From positions 254,526-318,525 of the forward strand of contig JBFLYH010000002.1 of NCBI GenBank assembly GCA_040756875.1: a DNA stretch of 64,000 bases. The letters run 5' to 3'. Both the position numbers and the translations under genes were made by a program. The notes below the pieces were generated by a model. It was not told where the DNA came from, did no database searches, and saw only the letters and a program-made list of their open reading frames with translations. This stretch comes from a candidate division FCPU426 bacterium. Its GTDB lineage: Bacteria; Oederibacteriota; JAAXVQ01; JAUVAV01. Below are positions 60,276-64,000 of the stretch, piece after piece. The number at the start of each line of letters is the position of its first letter. The first letter of the stretch is position 1.

Positions 60276-61771
60276 TCGGCTTCACCCCCCTCCCCGGCAG
60301 GCGCATCGGTACGGCTTTTTCGGGAAGTGCGTTTGGGCGGCGTCTCGGACGCCTCCGGTGTTGCGGGCTCCTCGCCTTTTGCTGCCGCCTGATCCAGATT
60401 GGCGAAAAGGTCGCCGGCGGCCATTTCCTTGGGTTTGGGGGCCGGGCCCTCATGGCCACCCAGGTTGGCGAACAATTCAGCGGCCGTGCGTTCGGCCGGA
60501 CGGCTCTCGGCCGGCTGGGGCAAATACGGCTGCAGACTGGACATGATTTTCTCGGCGGTCTTGGGCCCGATGCCCGGAATCTCGGTCAGTTTTTCGGCGG
60601 TCACGCCCAGAAACTTGGCCACGCTTTCATACCCGGCTTCGCGCAGCCGCTTGGCCAGGTTGTCGCTGATGCCCTCGATCTTCTCCAGGGCCGGCGCGGT
60701 TTTAAGGAACGCTTCCTCGGCGCGGCGGCGCATTTCTTCCTGGTTCTTGGAGAGCGGCGTAATGTCCACTTTCCAGCCAAGCAGTTTGGAAGCCAGGCGC
60801 ACGTTCTGGCCGTTCTTGCCGATGGCCAGGGCCAGCTGGTCGTCCTGCACGATCACCGTGGCCTGCTTGTGCTCCTCGGCCAGGAGCACCTGGGCGATCT
60901 TGGCCGGCTGCAGCGCCGAGGTCAGCAGGGTTTCCACGTTTTCGGAATAAGGGATGACGTCGATCTTTTCACCGTGCAGTTCGCGCACGATGGATTGGAT
61001 GCGGGAGCCTTTGATGCCCACGCAGGCGCCGACCGGATCCACGTTCTTGTCCTTGGAGGCCACGGCCACTTTGGAGCGGGCGCCCGCCTCCCGGGACACG
61101 GCCCGGATTTCCACCACCCCGTCCGCGACTTCCGGCACTTCCATTTCGAACAATTTGCGGATCAGTCCCGGATGCGAGCGGGACACCACCACCTGGGGCG
61201 TGCGGCTGGTGCGGCGGACGTCCAGGATAAAAACCTTGATGCGGTCCCCGGCCTTGTAGAATTCGCGGGGCACCTGCTCCCGCCCGGGCAGCAGGGCCTC
61301 CGTATCCCCGAGATCCACGACCAGATTGCGGTTTTCTTCGCGCAACACCACGCCGTTGAGCAGTTCGCCCTGGCGCTGTTTGAACTCCTCGAAAATGGCG
61401 TTGCGTTCCGATTCCCGCACCCGCTGCAGCATGACCTGCTTGGCGGTCTGGGCGGCAATGCGGCCGAATTCCGAAGGCATCATGCCCATTTCCACCATTT
61501 CGCCCATCTGGGCGTCCGGTTTGATCCGCCGGGCGTCCTCGAGGGTGATTTCATTCCACGGCTCGTGGACTTCTTCCACCACCAGTTTCTTTAAAAACGC
61601 CAGCAATTCGCCGGTATCGGAATTGAAGGCCACCCGGATGTCCTGGGCTGTCCCGTGGTTTTTACGGGATGCGGAGATCAGCGCCGCCTCAATGGCCTGG
61701 ATCACTACCTGTCGGTCCACCTTGCGCGACCGCTCGATTTGCCGCATGATCTCGATAAGCTGCAAATTCAT
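60272..61771 (-). CDS. nusA: Transcription termination/antitermination factor NusA
   Basis: [12 protein letters not shown]1 and KH domains ([20 protein letters not shown]), C-terminal HhH. Confidence 0.98.
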   Translation of the reverse strand: MNLQLIEIMRQIERSRKVDRQVVIQAIEAALISASRKNHGTAQDIRVAFNSDTGELLAFLKKLVVEEVHEPWNEITLEDARRIKPDAQMGEMVEMGMMPSEFGRIAAQTAKQVMLQRVRESERNAIFEEFKQRQGELLNGVVLREENRNLVVDLGDTEALLPGREQVPREFYKAGDRIKVFILDVRRTSRTPQVVVSRSHPGLIRKLFEMEVPEVADGVVEIRAVSREAGARSKVAVASKDKNVDPVGACVGIKGSRIQSIVRELHGEKIDVIPYSENVETLLTSALQPAKIAQVLLAEEHKQATVIVQDDQLALAIGKNGQNVRLASKLLGWKVDITPLSKNQEEMRRRAEEAFLKTAPALEKIEGISDNLAKRLREAGYESVAKFLGVTAEKLTEIPGIGPKTAEKIMSSLQPYLPQPAESRPAERTAAELFANLGGHEGPAPKPKEMAAGDLFANLDQAAAKGEEPATPEASETPPKRTSRKSRTDAPAGEGGEAE

Positions 61772-61855
61772 GTTTTTCCCCTCTGTGAGGTTGACCCATC
61801 CGTTCGTTCAAGCTTATATTTAAAGGCTTTTCTTACTGCCGCTCTTTGCCTTCAG

Positions 61856-61891
61856 AAAAATAAAAAGAGTGGGCGAAAAGCTCCCACTCTT
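61856..61891 (-). terminator. rimP-leader-like intrinsic terminator upstream of nusA
   Basis: Minus strand AAGAGTGGG-loop-CCCACTCTT followed by a U-rich tract. Confidence 0.75.
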
Positions 61892-61917
61892 CCTTAAAAA
61901 GTGGTGGACTGGGTGCA

Positions 61918-61946
61918 AGCATAGGCCCCTGGGCATGTAAAGTCAA
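61918..61946 (-). promoter_or_regulatory. Sigma-70 type promoter of the nusA-infB operon
   Basis: TTGACT (61946-41), 17 bp, TATGCT (61923-18). Confidence 0.7.
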
Positions 61947-61947
61947 G

Positions 61948-62721
61948 TTAAAAATCAGCCAGACGCCCGGCTTGCGGCAAACGGCCCAGAATACGCAACA
62001 GGCCGTCTAATAGCGTCAGCGGATGGGGCGGACAGCCTGGCACATAGAGATCCACAGGCAGAATCTTGTCCACGCCGGCCAAGACTTGTTCCGATCCGGC
62101 GTATGGCCCTCCGGAGACGGCGCAGGCGCCGGAGGCAATAACGATTTTTGGTTCTGGTATGGCAGCATAGGTCTTTTCCAGGGCCAACCGCATATTCCGC
62201 GTAACCGGACCGGTTACTATCAGGCCGTCCGCATGCCTGGGCGAGGCAACAAATTGAATTCCAAACCGTCCCAAATCAAACCCGACTGTGGTCAGGACGT
62301 TCGCGTCAGTTTCGCAGGCATTGCACCCGCCGGCGCTAACCTGCCGCAGACGCAAAGCGCGTCCCAAAAGCCGGTGCAGCTTGTTGCCGAGGGACGAAGC
62401 AAGCTTCAAATCCGCTCCCGGACGGACCAACAAATCCCGGCGGTTGGACGCAGCCAGCCGGTAATCGCGGCTGAAAACCAGCGGGCCATCCTTGGCAGCC
62501 CAGGGGCAGTCTCCACAAAACAAACAGCGGCCCAGGTCCAGGTTCGGGGCACCGTCCTGCAGCTGCCAGGCTGCGGTCGGGCAGGATGAAAAATCCGCAG
62601 CCGCGGCCCCGGACTTGATCTCCGGACGCCCTCGAAACCGGTCCGAGAAAGCTCCGGCCCCCGGAGGGAACGGCTGGGTGCGATGGCCCGTTTTAAGGCG
62701 GGCTAATAAGGCTTTAAACAT
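61948..62721 (-). CDS. HyfI/NuoB-like small subunit with N-terminal ferredoxin (Ehr complex)
   Basis: CLFCGDC, SAGGCNACE, ASPRHADG, GACAVSGG, VPGCPPHP. Confidence 0.9.
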   Translation of the reverse strand: MFKALLARLKTGHRTQPFPPGAGAFSDRFRGRPEIKSGAAAADFSSCPTAAWQLQDGAPNLDLGRCLFCGDCPWAAKDGPLVFSRDYRLAASNRRDLLVRPGADLKLASSLGNKLHRLLGRALRLRQVSAGGCNACETDANVLTTVGFDLGRFGIQFVASPRHADGLIVTGPVTRNMRLALEKTYAAIPEPKIVIASGACAVSGGPYAGSEQVLAGVDKILPVDLYVPGCPPHPLTLLDGLLRILGRLPQAGRLADF

Positions 62722-62751
62722 TTCCGGACTCCCTGCAAGTTCAGGACTTTT

Positions 62752-63999
62752 TTATAAATCATGCCCGCAATAGGACAGATTGAAGCTTTTATTGCACAGG
62801 GGAAAATCGCTGATTTCCCCGTTGCGCATGACCAAAGCCAAAGCCTGCCAGTTGTGAAAAGAGGGGTCTACGATTTTATAGGCCGCCAGGCCGCCGTGAC
62901 CGTCCGTCAGGGCCACATGGCAGATTTCCCCCCGCCAGCCCTCGACCAGCGCGGCAGCGGCTGAACTCGGCGCGAGCGGACCCACGTTCACCCTGATCCC
63001 ACCCTGGGGCAGGGAATGCAGCTGCTCCAGCACAAACCCGGCAGACCGCTGGATCTCCAGCCAGCGCACCATGGCCCGCGAAAACACGTCCCCGCCGTGG
63101 GCCAGGGCCAAGGGAATGTGCGCCAGGGCATAAAACCCAGAGGCAAAATCCTGCCGCACATCCCGCGCCAGGCCGCAGGCGCGCGCCGCGGGACCCACCA
63201 CTCCCAATTCGATGGCAGCTTTGCGGGAAAGCCGTCCGGCCTGTTCCCAGCGCGCCATCACCGAGGGCGACTTCCAGGCCAAATCCATGGCCAGGTGCAA
63301 TTCCGAGAGGATCGTTTGCAGCCTTTTCCGGATGCGGCCGGCCCGTTCAGGTTCGAGGTCAAAGGCCACGCCTCCGGGCCGGACCAAGCCGCGGCCGAAC
63401 CGGTTGCCGCACACTTCGGCCGTCAGGTTCAGCAAGTCGCCGCGCAGGCGTCCGCAATGCGCGGAGGTGGGAAGATAGCCCACATCCTGGGCCAGGGCGC
63501 CGAGATCTCCGGCGTGGTTGGCCATTCGTTCCAGTTCCAGGGCCACGGCGCGCAAGGCCAGGGCGCGCGGTGGAACCGCAGTCCGGGCCAGCGCCTCCAA
63601 AACGCCGGCGTAAGCCAGGGCGTGCCCGATGGAGGTGTCGCCGGCGGCGGTTTCCGCAATCGCAACGGCCAATTGCGGCGCCGCCGAACGCAGCGCCTGC
63701 TCTACGCCACGGTGTTGATAACCCAGGGCGATCTCGAGATGCAGCACTTTTTCCCCGGCGCATTGAAAACGGAAATGGCCGGGTTCGATCACGCCCGCAT
63801 GCACCGGTCCCACCGCCACTTCGTGGACTTCCTCGCCGAAGACGCGGAAAAACTCCCCGCCGCCCGGCGTCTCGGCACGGAGGGCTCTGAGGGGTTTCAA
63901 CCAGGGGTGCCCGATCGGACGGAAGGCGGAAGACTCCGCCAATTCCCGCTCAAAGGCGTGCGCCTGCGGGCAGACCGGCGTCAGGCTGTCCAAGCCGCC
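62752..63999 (-). CDS. HyfG/HycE-like large subunit lacking NiFe ligands (Ehr); 5' end beyond right edge
   Basis: VGPVHAGVIEPGHFRF, GYQHRGVE, EGWRGE, DPSFHNW, DFPLCNKSFNLSYCGHDL; frame is open to the window end. Confidence 0.9.
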   Translation of the reverse strand, partial: GGLDSLTPVCPQAHAFERELAESSAFRPIGHPWLKPLRALRAETPGGGEFFRVFGEEVHEVAVGPVHAGVIEPGHFRFQCAGEKVLHLEIALGYQHRGVEQALRSAAPQLAVAIAETAAGDTSIGHALAYAGVLEALARTAVPPRALALRAVALELERMANHAGDLGALAQDVGYLPTSAHCGRLRGDLLNLTAEVCGNRFGRGLVRPGGVAFDLEPERAGRIRKRLQTILSELHLAMDLAWKSPSVMARWEQAGRLSRKAAIELGVVGPAARACGLARDVRQDFASGFYALAHIPLALAHGGDVFSRAMVRWLEIQRSAGFVLEQLHSLPQGGIRVNVGPLAPSSAAAALVEGWRGEICHVALTDGHGGLAAYKIVDPSFHNWQALALVMRNGEISDFPLCNKSFNLSYCGHDL

Positions 64000-64000
64000 T

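Overview
GC-rich bacterial chromosomal segment, almost entirely coded on the minus strand. It is probably from a diderm, uncultured lineage: it combines Firmicutes/Deltaproteobacteria-like che and translation gene sets with a PorV-like barrel and a FlgD-Ig-tailed cargo protein (taxonomy is inference only). Left to right: (1) a >1700-aa Rhs/YD-repeat protein running off the left edge, preceded by an uncharacterised 683-aa protein with a Ser/Thr/Gly-rich segment; (2) an unusual chemosensory operon (cheR, TPR, MshEN-CheW fusion, TPR, divergent P-II, cheY, cheC, cheD, cheW, cheY, cheB, hldD) with no cheA and no receptor; (3) housekeeping blocks (rho-rpmE-thyX-prfA/prmC, polA-coaE plus two membrane GAF-GGDEF cyclases, gatCAB-rlmD); (4) an accessory block (hemerythrin, AbiE-like type IV TA pair, ABC exporter, outer-membrane barrel, PorV-like protein plus cargo, methyltransferase, SDR, TPR); (5) archease-rtcB divergent from polX; (6) rsbW-like, pcrA, HU, and nusA-infB-ylxP-rbfA-nrnA-truB-ribF; (7) the end of an Ehr (hydrogenase-related) operon. 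The intergenic DNA is rich in small structured repeats. The most striking is a ~130-bp element in five co-oriented copies with fixed geometry, compensatory stem changes and hypervariable loops; two copies overlap the start codons of rbfA and ylxP. No rRNA, tRNA or CRISPR array was seen. All calls are by motif recognition; no searches were run.
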